Source: Leucoraja ocellata
Lineage: Eukaryota
NCBI GenBank assembly: GCA_036785375.1
Contig: JAWMAR010000020.1
Span: forward strand, 9,052,001 to 9,116,000
DNA: 64,000 nt
Direction: 5' to 3'
Shown piece after piece: positions 23,662-35,839 of the stretch; the first letter of the stretch is position 1, and each line of letters opens with the position of its first letter. The notes under the pieces were generated by a model. It was not told the origin of the DNA. It saw only the letters and a program-made list of their open reading frames with translations, and did no database searches. A program made the position numbers and the translations under genes.

Positions 23662-25185
23662 TTCCTGTGCACGAGGGAGACTTGATGGGGGAAGGAAAGG
23701 TGCGAAGAAAAGGGTGGCACAGATTTGATCCAAAGGCTGGAATGGGGTTTGGTCACTTTCACCCTGGTCTGAATGGAATTGTGTGAAATCAAAGACAACA
23801 TGGAAATAAGACATTACACACTGTTAATATTTCTCGAGCTGTTGCATGCTAAAGTCAAACTGTTGCTGTTAATCAACAAAAGCACATAAGGAATGATGCA
23901 AAGAGCAATAGTTGCCAGTTAGACTATAAACTGACTTGTTGGCCAACTGACCAGCAACCTGTTTAAGAAGGAACTGCAGATGCTGGAAAATCGAAAATGC
24001 AATAGTGGGATTGCATCAAACTAATGTGAATGGGTAATCAGTAGTTAGCACGGACCTGGTGGGCCAAAAGGCCTGTTTCCATGCAGTATCTCTAAACTAA
24101 ACCAAGCAAAAATGGGATAACATAGAGCTAGTGTACAGGTTGGCGCCAACTCGATGGGCTGAAGGGGCTGTTTCCACGCTGTATCTCTAAAAATTAAACT
24201 TTTTAAAAGCTAGATATCTGCAGTTTTCATACAAAGTCGGTCCAGCGTGTGTGTGTTAACTGTGGTCTAAAACTTGGATCAACTTCCTTGCATGCACTCA
24301 TCTCTGCTCATTAGTGCTAAACATGTGTGAAAGATATTGACCAATACATGTACTCACCTCTGGGCATTGGGATTTCACTGTAGGCAACAAAATTAAATGT
24401 GGGGCTGATGACTAGGAGCAGGTTCTGGCTTGCTTTCACCACCAGCTACTATAACATTGTCCCATGGGGAGAAAGTTAAGGAATGCTATAAAAGACATGG
24501 GAACAACCTGAGTTAATGCAACCTTCACTGTACGGGCCTTTAGACCAGTACTGCTGATTACCTGCAGACGTGGCTGGGGCCTTGGAGTCCATTCCTGTTC
24601 TTTAAAACTGTCACCTCTTAATCCTTTCCCTCCCGAGCCTGTTAGGGAGTTATGTGTCGAACCAAGGAACTGCAGATGCTGGTTTACACAAAAGGACACA
24701 AAGTTGCTGGAGTAACTCAACAGGTTCAGATTACATCTCTGGAGAACATTCATAAATTCATAAGTTCTAGGAGCAGAATTAGGCCAGTTAGCCCCTCGGG
24801 TCTATTCTGCCATTCAATCATGGCTGATCTATCTTTCCTTTTCAGCCCCTTTCTCCTGCCTTCACCCCATAACTCCTAACGCCAACTTTTCTAGTCGGGA
24901 CCCTTTTGCAGAGTGATTCTGGAGGGGGGGGTGTGGGGGGGGGGGTTTAAAGAACTCCCAGCTTTCTTCCCTCCCAACAATCAGTCCTGAGGAGGGGTTT
25001 GTAGCTTTTGAAGGTCACAGAAGGCATTGAGTATTTCTGTTACTGCAATGTGTCTCATTTCCCATTCCCTGCAAAAACGTTTTCTTTACCACTGTCGGCT
25101 ACTTGCTGCAAGCGGGTTCATCTGCAGCGACAGCATCGTTAATAAACTTATTGCAAGCAAATGTTCATACTGCGAAAACAACACG

Positions 25186-25365
25186 GGGGCAGCATGGTGG
25201 CACAGACGTAACGTTGCTTCCTTACCGCGCCAGTGTCCCGGGTTCGAAACTGACTACGGGTGCCGTCTGTATGGAGTTTGTACGTTCTCCCTGTGACCAT
25301 GCGGGTTTTCTAGATCGATGGACTCGATGGACCGAAGGGCCTGTTTCTATGCTGTATCTCTAAAA
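25186..25365 (+). mobile_element. V-SINE with internal deletion
   Basis: Head, start of V-domain, then a direct jump to the tail. Confidence 0.85.
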
Positions 25366-25656
25366 TAAACTTAACAGGTGTGTGCATGTGAGATAGAATC
25401 CTTATGGTAAAAGGACTAAGGAAGGGAATTGGGAAGCCTAACAAAAGGTGTGCCATCAACTGGTTTGGTTTCAATTGTTTTGAATCAGGAGTGTTAATAA
25501 TCAAGCATTTTATTTTCACTCCTAGTTATATGCCCGAACATAACGCACTCTTGAAAATATAAACCATATTACACACACTGCCATTTGGTTTCCTCTACTT
25601 ATTCAGCCCTGTATTTCGAGCTTATATCATTTTTACACAACGAGACCCTTATGAAA

Positions 25657-25800
25657 ATCCTTCTTCAGTCTGAAGAAGGGTCTTGACCCGAAACATCACC
25701 CATTCCTTCTCTCCAGAGTTGCTGCCTGTCCCGCTGAGTTGCTCCAGCATTTTGTGTTTATCTTCGATTCAAACCAGCATCTGCACTTCCTTCCAACACA
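25657..25800 (+). mobile_element. Penelope short unit with hammerhead motif and short 5' fold-back
   Basis: ccttcttcag-t-ctgaagaagg inverted start; ctgaagaagggtcttgacccgaaacatc. Confidence 0.85.
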
Positions 25801-26143
25801 TATCATTTTGACAGGTCTGTTCTAATGTACTTATCTTTTTTCGTCGCCAGGAACACTAACTGATCTTTAAGGTTACTTTCGCAGTCCAAGTCCTGTCCAA
25901 GGCTTGTGGTATGTTGGTCTGATTTCACAGCACATATCAGCTGGCTTTGTTTAACACTGATTGAATATGGCCACATTTGTCCAAGGGTGATACAATGGTG
26001 CAGCGGTAGAGTTGCTGCCAGAGACCTGGGATCGATCCTGACTATGAATGCTCTCTTTACGGAGTTTGTACGTTCAACCTGTGACTAGCTTTGTTTTGTT
26101 TTTGCATTATATTGTTTTGTTTTATTTATTGAACTTTTTATAT

Positions 26144-26510
26144 TTAGGAAAGAATTGCAGATGCTGGTTTAAACTGAAGATGGACCCAAAAAGCTGGAGT
26201 AACTCAGCGGGACTGGTAGCATCTCTCAAGAGAAGGGATGGGGGATGATTCGGGTCGAGACCCTTCTTCAGACTGAAAGTCACAGGAAAGGGAAACAAAA
26301 GATATAGGCGGTGATGTCGAGAGATATAGAGCAATGAATGAAAGATACGCAAAAAGTAATGATGATGAAGAAAACAGGCCATTGCTAGCTGTTTGTTGGG
26401 TGAAAACGAGAAGTTAGTTAGACTTGGGTAGGGGAGGGATGAAGAGAGAGGGAATGCCGGGGTTACTTGAAGTCATCTCTGGTGAGAAGGAATGGGTAAC
26501 TTCAAGTAAC
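26144..26510 (-). mobile_element. Penelope-like 3' end (tail, hammerhead unit, 3' UTR, ORF stop region)
   Basis: Co-linear with 35220-35500; contains native cttcagactgaa palindrome. Confidence 0.85.
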
Positions 26511-26529
26511 CACGGAACCTAGACTGAAC

Positions 26530-26990
26530 CTCAAAACTTAACATCAAATCAATTACCGAAGATTTATCCCAGCTCTCCTCACTCACTACTGCAATAACCT
26601 TCATGGACACCTCCAAACATAATATTACCAATGCTCTACTCATCACCCTGTGTCTTACACAATATATCTAGATCTCTTCTCCCAGACTGAATCACAGTCA
26701 ACCATTAATATCAGTCCCTGCTCTCCTCCCATCACTCCCATCCATTGACTTCAAGATTCCTTCTGCTTGCTTACAAATCCCTGATAACGTCTTACTCCCT
26801 CAAATGTCTCCTAATAGTTTCAATGCGATTTGCGTATCAATTTGTACTCCTGTGCACCGCCCCACTCTATTAGCACCCCTCCTCCCCATCCCATCTTTTC
26901 ATCTGTGATAGAATCTTTGTTCTTCAAAACCATCCCAGGAATACTCTCCATGGAAACCTCTGCCTTCCTGACTAATCCTCCAATTACCAT
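26530..26990 (+). mobile_element. Very old L2-like LINE 3' region (tail continues at about 27620-27760)
   Basis: Decayed catcaccc, attgacttcaagattc..cttacaaatccct and caggaatactctcc motifs typical of the L2 ORF2 end. Confidence 0.45.
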
Positions 26991-27077
26991 AAAAGTCACC
27001 AAGAAGACACAAGGTGTTGGAGTAACTCAGGGGTCAGGCGGCATCGCTGGAGAACATGGATAGGCGATGTTTCCGGT

Positions 27078-27505
27078 CATACGTTCGTAAGTTATATGAG
27101 CAGTAAAAGGCCATTTGGCCCATCGGGGCTACTCCACCACTCAATCATAGCTGGTCTATCTTTCCCTCTCAAGCCCATTCTCCTGCCTTCTCCCCATGAC
27201 CTTTGACACTCATGCTAATCAAGAACCTATCAATCTCTGCTTTAAATATACCTCAAAACATGGACTCCACAGCCATTTGTGGTAAAGAATTCCACAGATT
27301 GACCACCCTCTGATTAAAGAAATTCCTCCTCAACTCTTTTCTAAAGGTACAACCTTTTATTCAGAGGCTGTGGACTCTGGTCCTAGACTCTCCCACTGGT
27401 GGTAACATCCTCTCCACATCCACTCTATCCGGGCCTTTCGTTATTTGGTAAATCTCAATGAGGGTCCCCCTCATCCTTCTGAACTGCAACGAGTGCAGGC
27501 CCTTC
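27078..27505 (-). mobile_element. CR1 fragment inside a Penelope-derived pair (27000-27610)
   Basis: GLHSLQFRRMRGTLIE..DRVDVERML..ESRTR motif. Confidence 0.85.
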
Positions 27506-28039
27506 TTCATGTCATAACATTTGTTCAGGCTGCTGACTGACCCTGTTGAGTTACTCCGGCACTTTGTGCTTTTTGATCGAGAATCCAGCAACTGCTGTTC
27601 CTTGTGTCTGCCATAAAACTCATCTTGTTGACTGCGGTTCAGATAACTTTTTGTCACTGCTCCTGTTTGAAGTCTCCTTGTTCTACTTTATGAAGTAGTT
27701 TTGGGCATGCCATGTCATTAAGAGTACGAAGGTGTTATATAATTGTTATTTATTACATTACTGTTGTTTCAAAGGCGGACTCGTGTATTATCCGTGTGGC
27801 AGCTCTCCTCAGTCTCTGCTGGTAACTGCAGTGGAAGACTTAAAGGGTGACCTACATAAACAAAATGATCCCCGGGAGAGATTACACTGTATATATGGTC
27901 TGTATTGCTTACAAAATATATCAATGCTATGCTTCTTATTTTTAATGTCTATGTACTTCTGCATCGTGGCTTTGGTGCACTTAGACCATGTTTCTGCAGG
28001 GCATGTCATACCCAACAGTGGGAAGGCAGCAAGGTGAAA

Positions 28040-28270
28040 GAGCACGGTGCCACAGCGGTAGAGTTGCTGCTTTTCAGCGCCAGAGATCCAGGTTCGATCC
28101 TGAACATGGGTGCTGTCTGTACAGAGTTTGTATGTTCTCCCTGTGATCGTGTGGGTTTTCCCCGGGTGCTCCGGTTTCCTCCCACACTCCAATGACATAC
28201 AGGTTTGTGTGGGGATCGCTGGTCGACAGCGGGCCGAAGGGTCTGTTTTCGCGCGCCTATCGCTAAAGTA
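28040..28270 (+). mobile_element. V-SINE
   Basis: Head, V-domain, tail. Confidence 0.9.
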
Positions 28271-28336
28271 AACTAATTGGCAAACTAATTTGACTAAACA
28301 CCTTGTAAATTGTCCCTGGTGTGTAGGATGGCGAAA

Positions 28337-28748
28337 AGGGCCTGTCCCACGAGCGTGTGACTCTATGCGGCAAGCGCGACCTAAAGGGCCTGTCCCACCA
28401 GCATGCGCCTGCATGCGGCAAGTGCGACCTAACGTGGTCGCTTGAGCCGTACGGCCTTGCGGGGCCAGTCCCACTTCGATCGCCGGAGCCGTATGGAGTT
28501 GTGCGGAGCTGGTCCCGACATCGCGCGGGGTTCTGAAAAACTGACCAGGTTAAAAAATTCCGCACGGCAACGGCCTGCCGGCCCGCAGCCGCCTCAACGC
28601 CATACGCACCGCCATGACGCCGTATGCCCGTCGGACTTCGCTCGAACTTCACGTCACTCACTCGACCTCCGTGCGTACGCCGTCGGGGCGGCTGCGGGCT
28701 TTAGGTCGCGCTTGCCGCATGGAGTCGCATGCTCGTGGGACAGGCCCT
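28337..28748. mobile_element. PIF/Harbinger-type MITE (family B) with doubled left end, inserted in a SINE tail
   Basis: agggcctgtcccac at 28337 and 28385; gtgggacaggccct-TTA at the right end; about 48-bp TIR. Confidence 0.85.
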
Positions 28749-28974
28749 TTAGTGTGCGGGGATTGTTGGTCGGCGTGGACCCGATGGGCTGAAGGGCCTG
28801 CTACTGTGCTGTATCTCTAGATTAAGAAGCAGCTACAACGATACAAAAATAATTCTTAGCAATTTTTTTTGTTGAGCAACCATTTATGAATTTATCATGC
28901 CATGGAACAATTTGTAAATTTAATCCCATCCATTTTGGCCTTTGGTGGGGAAGGGGAAATTGGAAAGTTGTCGA

Positions 28975-29235
28975 GGCCAGAGACTTGGGTTCAATCCTGA
29001 CCACGGGCGCTTGTCCGTACAGAGTTTGGACGTTCTCCACATGACCTGCGTGGGTTATCTCCGAGATCTTCGGTTTCCTCCCACAATCCAAAGACATACA
29101 GGTATGTAGGTTAATTGGCTTGGTATAAATGTAAATAGTCCCTAGTGCGTGTATGATAGTGCGGAGATCGCTGGTCGGCGTGGACTCGGTGGGCCGAAGG
29201 GCCTGTTTCCGCGCTGTATCTCTAAACTAAACTAA
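28975..29235 (+). mobile_element. V-SINE
   Basis: B-box, V-domain, tail. Confidence 0.92.
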
Positions 29236-29239
29236 TTCT

Positions 29240-29368
29240 ATAGGAAAGAACTGCAGAACTGGTTTAAACCGAAGATAGATACAAAAAACTGGAGTAACTC
29301 AGCGGGTCAGACAGCATCTCTGGAGAAAAGGAATAGGTGACGTTTCGGGTCGAGACTCTTCTTCAGTC
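29240..29368 (-). mobile_element. Penelope short unit with hammerhead motif
   Basis: Reverse complement reads ctgaagaagagtctcgacccgaaacgtcacc. Confidence 0.85.
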
Positions 29369-29824
29369 GATCAGTAGGGTGGGGACCAGATAAGGGATTT
29401 CTCTTGATTCACACTGAGTAGTCACATATGTTTTCAGACTGGTTACCTCCCCACAGCACTTTGACCCGTGCAGGCTGGGTGAGAGGCAGCTTCTGCTTCA
29501 GGGGATGCATTGTCAAGTCGTGTTGAGCGGGTGCAGATGTTTCCATCTGTGGAGGGTTTAACTGCAGCAGTTCACGACGGTTTCATCGGGTACACAGTGG
29601 AGCCAGGGTTGTCTGGAATTCACTCAGACAATAGGCGCACCTGGCGGAATACCACAAACCCTCATTATTGTTGTTGGTCACAATGGTGGTGCAGTGTTTC
29701 CACCATGGCCAGTTTCGTGGGTTGCCTCTGATCGAAGGGAAGGGACAGGCTTTCATCGATGAAAGCATTTGTTTGCTGTGCTCACTGTTGGTTCACCGAC
29801 AATGAGATGTGTTATAATCCACAA

Positions 29825-30095
29825 AGTCATGGAGTCATACAGCGTACTAACTGGCCCTTCGGCCCAAATTGCCCATTCCGACCAACATGCCCCATCCAAA
29901 TTAGTCCCACCTGCCTGTTTGTGGCACATATCCTTGTAAACCTAACCTATCGATGTACCTGTCTAAATACTTCTTAAACGTTGTAATAATGCCTCAACTA
30001 TGTCTCCTGGCTGCTTATTCTGTACACCCACCATCTTTTGTGTAAACATGTTACCCCTCAGGTTCACATTAAATCTTTCCCCCCTCTCCATAAAA
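29825..30095 (-). mobile_element. CR1 3' fragment
   Basis: Reverse-complement CR1 tail motifs. Confidence 0.8.
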
Positions 30096-30136
30096 TGGCT
30101 CGCTCAATGTTTCTTCAGCTAATCTAACGAACACAC

Positions 30137-30460
30137 GGTGGCATGGTGGATGGCACGGTGGCGCAGCGGTGAAGCTGCTGATTTACATTGCCAGAGACCC
30201 CAGTTCGATCCTGACTACAGTTGCTGTCTGCGTGGAGTTTGCACGTTCTCCCCGCGACCACGTGGATTTTCTCCGGGTGCTCCGGTTTCCTCCCACGTTC
30301 CAAAGACGTACAGGTTTGTAGGTTAATTGGCTTTGGTATAATTGTAAATTGTCCCTTGTGTGTGTAGAATGATGTCAATGTGCGGGGATCGCTGGTAGGC
30401 ATGGACTCGATGGGCCGAAGGACCTGTTTCTGTGCTGTATCTCGAAACAAAAAAAAACTA
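30137..30460 (+). mobile_element. V-SINE
   Basis: Head, V-domain, tail. Confidence 0.92.
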
Positions 30461-30829
30461 TAAACTACTAAATATTTTGGGGGTTTTGTGGTCGTAGCCT
30501 TAGGGGCATCTGTTTTAGTATTCCAGGGATTGTTTTTAATGCAGCTTTCAATGGGCCTGGTCTGCTTTATTGTCTCGTGTTTCAACGCTTAAACTGCACT
30601 TTGGCAGACTCCTTGATGAACACTTCATTCCTTCAGCATTGTTGCACGCCAGTCAGGCATGCGAGGTCTCCTTCAAAGCACCAAGATAAAGAGTGAAGGA
30701 GTCGTAACAGAGTCGCTTGAACTACACATGGGGCAATGATACTCTGAGTTTGTCAGCTGCCAGCACACTGCGGACTAAATGTCTCGGCTGTTTTAATACA
30801 AAGGAGTCGTTCAAGACATTATACTCTCC

Positions 30830-31195
30830 GAGATGGCCGTCAGGAGCGAGGAAGGGCGTCGGTGTGAGTGGAGGACCGTCGGAGAGCCATCGCCCGCGTG
30901 GGTCCCAGCGGTCGGACGAGGTTGTGCCGCTGAGAGGAAAGAAGGAGCCGGTGTGGGGGTGCCGCCAAAAACAAAGTGGGACCCGGCATGAGAAGGGGGG
31001 GGGGGGGGTGGGGGGGCTGCCGATGGACCCGATGTAGGGGGGCCCACCAAGAGAACAAAGAGGGACTCCGGAGGGGGGGGGGGGGGGGTTGGGGGATGGG
31101 GAAGCAGAAGTGAGAGGAACCATCTAGACTATATTGAATACTTTTGTAACTTTGTTGCTGCCCTTTATGTGGTGACTCTTTGCATACTAAGTACA
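30830..31195 (+). mobile_element. GC-rich non-coding retroposed segment
   Basis: Internal repeats of the aacaaag.ggg.cccgg type; related to 38450-38610, 39573-39770 and 19945-20215. Confidence 0.5.
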
Positions 31196-31805
31196 AATTC
31201 AATGCAGACAGCACTCGTAGTCAGGATCAAGCCCGGGTCTCTGCCGCTGTTTGGCAGCAACTCTACTATTGCGCCACTGTTCCACCCTTTCATCTGCCAT
31301 TTCTATATTCCCCATCACTACTTCCCCAGCATCATTTTCCAATGTCCACTCTTGCCTCTCCTTTACTCATTATATATCTGAAAACACTTTTGATATGCTC
31401 CTTTATATTATTAACTGCCTTATCTTCATATTTCATCTTTTCTCCCCTTATTGCCTCTATCAGGGCCATTTACAGTGCTTTTTTTCCCCCTCTTTTTCTT
31501 TGGTAATTTTATATTTCATCCCTACAGTAACAATACATTTAAGATCTCTCCGTAAATAAAAGATGGTTTGGGCCCCAAATCTGTTTGCTCATTTTCAGGA
31601 TTGTCAAAGTTCACTCCTGGTACCTCTAGGTTCTGGTTAGCAAAAAGACAATTAATCAATCTTTTGTTCAGGCTGATTCCTACTACACAGGTAAATAATT
31701 GAAGGAAGCAAATAAACTGTATTTGTGGTAGAACGCAAAGTGCTGGAGTAACTCAGCAGGTTAGGCAACATCTCTGGATGATGTTGGATGAATGACATTT
31801 TGTTT

Positions 31806-32062
31806 TAATAGACAATAGGTGCAGGAGAAGGCCATTCGGCCCTTCGAGCCAGCATCGCCATTTAATGTGATCATGGCTGATCGTCCCCAATCGGTACCCC
31901 GTTCCTGCCTTCTCCCTATTTCCCCTGACTCCGCTATTTTTACGAGCCCTATCTAGCTCCCTCTTGAAAGCATCCAGAGAACCAGCCTCCACCGCCCTCT
32001 GAGGAAGAGAATTCCACAGACTCACAACTCTCTGTGAGAAAAAGTGTTTCCTCGTCTCGAGA
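31806..32062 (-). mobile_element. CR1 3' fragment inside a Penelope-derived unit
   Basis: SLWNSLPQRAVEAGSLDAFKRELDRA and tail. Confidence 0.9.
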
Positions 32063-32347
32063 CTGTTGTTCCTGTGAGAGGGCTGATTAACACCCAGATA
32101 CTGAGACTGATGGTGAGAGACACCTGTATTAGCACTCAGTTATTAGAACATAGCTTGAGGGAACTGTATCATCCATGTCCTTCAGAGAGGATGCCTAACC
32201 AACGGATTTTCTCCAGCGCTTTGTGTTTTGCACAAAATTCCAGTATTTGCAGTTCCTTGTGCCTCCAGAGATATTTTCAGCTTTGATTCGAGCCCTGAGA
32301 CCTGTGAATGAAGCCATATAAATGAAGAGGGGTGTACTATGGAAGTG

Positions 32348-33010
32348 CGACACAGTGGTGCAGCGGTAGAGCTGCTGCCTAAAGGCCCTGTCCCACTTTC
32401 CCGAGTTACTCATAAATTCTCCCGAATTTTCCCCTTGATTCAACTCGGACATGCCAGCCCTAGGTAGTCGGGGCTATTATTTTTACTCATGGGCACTTTT
32501 CAACATGCTGAAAAAACGTCCCGACTTACCTGATGCCCCGAGTACCTACACCTGGCATTATGAGCTGCTACGAAATATCTACGGAGTCTTACGGCCTCCA
32601 ACGGACCCGCTATGGACATTCTCCGAGTTTGAATCAATGGGAAAACTCGGGAGAATTCGTGAGTAACTAAGGACAGTGGGACAGGGCCTTTACATTGCTG
32701 GAGACCCGGGTTCGATCCTGACTTCCGATGCAGTCTGCATGGAATTTGTACAATCTCCGGGTTTTCTCTGGGGTTTTCTCAGGTTTCTTCCCACACTCCA
32801 AAGATGTACAGGTTAATTAGCTTCAGTAAACTTGTAAGTTGTTTAGTTTATTGTCACGTGTACCGTGGAAAAACGCACATGATTACAATCAAGCCATCTT
32901 ACCCTAGTGTATAGGATTATGTTGGTGTGTAGGATTATGTTGGTCGGCACAGACTCGATGGGCCGAGGGGCCTGTTTCCGCACTGTACCTCTAAAGTCTG
33001 AAGCCTAAAG
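32348..33010 (+). mobile_element. V-SINE interrupted by a MITE
   Basis: Head split at gctgcc-TAA/TTA-ca; V-domain and tail follow. Confidence 0.85.
32383..32689. mobile_element. PIF/Harbinger-type MITE (family C)
   Basis: TIRs aggccctgtcccact / agtgggacagggcct; flanks TAA and TTA; long imperfect palindrome. Confidence 0.88.
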
Positions 33011-33019
33011 TACGACATT

Positions 33020-33262
33020 AGTTTCAGTCTAGTTTATGGACACGTGTACCGAGGTACAGTGAAAATCTTTTGTTGTGTGGTAACTAGTCAGCAGAAAGGC
33101 AATACACAATTACAATCGATCCATTTATAGTCTATAGATACATGATAAGGGAATAACGTTTAGTGCAAGGTAAAGCCAGCAAAGCCCGATCAAGGATAGT
33201 CCGAGGGTCACCAAAGAGGTAGATAATAGTTCAGCACTGCTCTCAGGTTGTGGTAGGATGAT
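33020..33262 (-). mobile_element. Rex1/Babar 3' UTR
   Basis: Reverse complement of the tail at 2440-2690. Confidence 0.85.
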
Positions 33263-33431
33263 TATACCAGGGATATGGAGCAGTAAGGCCACCTACCATT
33301 CAGACGATCTCCATCTCAAAGCAACAGCATCTGCCTTAAAATACTACAGTTATTTTAAGATTGACATTGTTAGTACATGTTGCAAATTCCTCTCTCTTAT
33401 TTTAGTTGTGGCTTAACCTATTTTCCTATAG

Positions 33432-33569
33432 ATATCAGCAGCAGATGAAACCCTGGGAATAGATCTGACTGATGCAAATCTGCCTCGACGCAGATGTGAT
33501 ATGGTCAGTGATGTGAAGGGAATTTCTGCCAATTCTTTATCTGATCCTGGCACTCCATCGCCGAGAAAG
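33432..33569 (+). CDS. Candidate internal coding exon of an unidentified gene (46 codons, phase 0-0)
   Basis: Acceptor ctattttcctatag, donor AAG|gtaaaa, 138 nt; only phase 0 is open: ISAADETLGIDLTDANLPRRRCDMVSDVKGISANSLSDPGTPSPRK; non-repetitive context. Confidence 0.45.
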
Positions 33570-33916
33570 GTAAAATGTTGCCAGAATTCCCACTGTTATC
33601 AATGTTCCGTGATTCCGTCTGGGAAGTGTCCATGCGTGGGTGTGGGTGAAATCTGTAATTAACCTCAGGTGCGTTCCACATCATGAAATAGTCATCCCTG
33701 CAAGCTAGTGCGGACAGCTGTGTATGTACAGCTGCACAACAGCAGCCGTGGATCAGGGCGATGGGAAAAGCCGCGATCCATTCACTCCAGTTCCTGCAAG
33801 GTGGGGGTTACAGTGCGAGCAAACCTTTAACCTTCTTGCACAGCCTGGAAATAGGATCATGTGGCCCGACACAATGCGATCACAAAGAGAAGTGCAAACC
33901 CCACAGAGTTTGGTAA

Positions 33917-34140
33917 AGGCCTGTCCCACTGTACGAGGTAATTCAAGAGCTCTCCCGAGTTTAAAAAAAAAATCAAACTCGTGGTCAGCACGTGGAATGT
34001 ACGTAGCGGGTACGTCAGAGCTCGGGACGTCTCTTCGCGGCTCGTAACGCTAACGGCAGGTACTCGGGAAATGCGGTAAGCTCGTGAAGACTCGTGAAGA
34101 TTTTTCAACATGTTAAAAAATGTCCACGAGAGCCCCGAGT
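33917..34140. mobile_element. Truncated PIF/Harbinger-type MITE (left end only)
   Basis: TAA-aggcctgtcccact terminus; internal ttttcaacatg.t.aaaa palindrome shared with family C. Confidence 0.7.
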
Positions 34141-34224
34141 TCCTAGGGTTGTTTAGAGACTACAGTGCTTTGTGACAGCATATGTAAGAAAGGCCTATGA
34201 CAGTGTCAAAAATATTATACACCT

Positions 34225-34294
34225 TGTCCGGAGGCCCCTTAGATTTTGAGGCCCTGGGCTTCAGCCTACCAAGCCTATAGGTAGATCCGGCACT
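34225..34294 (-). mobile_element. Probable hAT-type MITE end
   Basis: Reverse complement begins cagtgccggatctacc..gggcctc..aaggggcctcc, resembling hAT MITE termini; partner end not found. Confidence 0.4.
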
Positions 34295-34309
34295 GCATGT
34301 GTACGTCGG

Positions 34310-34750
34310 GAAGCTCTCCACTTGAGATGCATCCTCCCCTCCAAGACTCCACCTCCCTTGACTCCAACTCCACCCCGAGGACGGAGCCAGCCAAGTTTCC
34401 AGATGAGTTTGTTAATCCTATTTGCGTACACGACCTTCGCCCTGCTGCCCCAGCCCATGATATCAAAGAAGATGGCACTGGCTACCACCGATTGGTAGAA
34501 CATTTGCAGCATCTTGCTGTCAGATGTTGAAAGAGCAGAGCCTTCTCCAAATGTACAGCCGACTCTGTCCCGTGTGTAGGGCCTCAGGGTTCGTGGATCA
34601 GTCCAGTTTCCTGTCCAAGGTATTTGTACTCCCTGGCAAAATCCACACCATTGATGGAGACCGGGGGCAGAGGTGTTCCTCTCCACCACCAACTTCTTAA
34701 TCTCGTTGGTGTTGAGCTGCAGGTGGATCAGCCCACACCATTCAACAAAG
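34310..34750 (-). mobile_element. Decayed Rex1/Babar RT C-terminal fragment
   Basis: ORF 34261-34755 FVEWC...LQLN..K.KKLVV and MLQMFYQSVVASAIFF...WGS. Confidence 0.8.
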
Positions 34751-34814
34751 TGCATCCATGTGCCTATCCAAAAGCCTCTTCAATAACACTATCATATCTG
34801 CCTCTGTATCTCTT

Positions 34815-35115
34815 GTTTAGTTCAGGGATACAGTGTAGAAACAGGCCCACCGAATCCGCTACAACCAGCGATTCCCACACACTGACACTATCCTGCACTC
34901 ACGCTAGGCATGATTTGTAATTGTACCAAGCCAATTAGTCTACAAACCTGTACATCTTCAGAGTGTGGGAGGAAACTGGAAAACACCCGGAAAAAGCTCA
35001 TGCAGGTGACGGGGAAAAAGTACAAACTCCGTACGGACAGCACCAATAGTCAGGATCAAACCCGGGTCTCAGGGGCTGCAAGGCAACAACTCTACCACTG
35101 CGCCGCCGTGCTGCC
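34815..35115 (-). mobile_element. V-SINE
   Basis: Reverse-complement tail, V-domain and head. Confidence 0.9.
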
Positions 35116-35219
35116 ATTATGGATATATGATTAGCTCACCGTCCATGGTACAGGATTGACTACTGAGGGTAGCACTGAAGTTTGGTTCAGTCACAGTGAA
35201 AAGGACCATAATTTGCACT

Positions 35220-35655
35220 AAAGATAGTCACAAAATGCTGGAGTGACTCAGCGGATCAGGCAACATCTCTGGAGAAAAGGAATAGGTGACCTTTCTTCAG
35301 ACTGATGTAATAGTAGAGGGAAACGAGGTATGGAAAGGTGGAGAACAGATCAGAGCCGGCACTAATGACCAAAGAGCCCACAATGGCTTATTGTTGGCTG
35401 TGGAAGAGGTGATAACAAGGAGATGCAAACAGTAAAACTAGCAGGGCAACTAGGATGTGGAGGGACGGAGAGAGAGGGAATGCAGGGGTTACTTGAGATT
35501 AGAGAAATCAAAAATCATACCGCTGGGGTGTAAGCGGCCCAAGTAAAATATGAGGTGCTGTTTCTGCAATTTACATATGGCCTCACTCTGACAATGGAGG
35601 AGGCCCAGGACAGAAAGGTCAGTGCTGGAATTGGAATGGGGAGTTAAAATGTTTG
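35220..35655 (-). mobile_element. Penelope-like element 3' end including the GIY-YIG endonuclease C-terminus
   Basis: Minus strand about 35653-35489 reads HFNSP..TDLSVLGLLHCQSEAICKLQKQHLIFYLGRLHPSGMIFDFSNLK*, typical of the PLE C-terminus; followed by 3' UTR and the short unit. Confidence 0.85.
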
Positions 35656-35839
35656 TCATTGCACAATGAGCAGGGACGTGTGTGAAAACCCCACGTCTGT
35701 TTGCTCAAAGAATGTAGAGAAATGAAAAATTGATGTCATGCGGACGTGAAATAAATCTTTTAAGTAAATGGAGCGGTGTTTCGTGTACTGAGAATGGTGA
35801 CATTATTGTACTGCATTATATACTTGCATATTTTATACG

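Noticed and set aside
24562-24638. Minus-strand AG..GT-bounded segment (SGGKGLRGDSFKEQEWTPRPQPRLQ)
   Set aside because: Short, weak acceptor abutting a TE, opposite strand to the better exon candidates
28337-28432. CRISPR-like direct repeat
   Set aside because: Only two units, which are MITE termini; eukaryotic context with no spacers or cas genes
27809-28792. 221-aa and other long ORFs
   Set aside because: They read through MITE and SINE sequence; palindromic GC-rich DNA explains them
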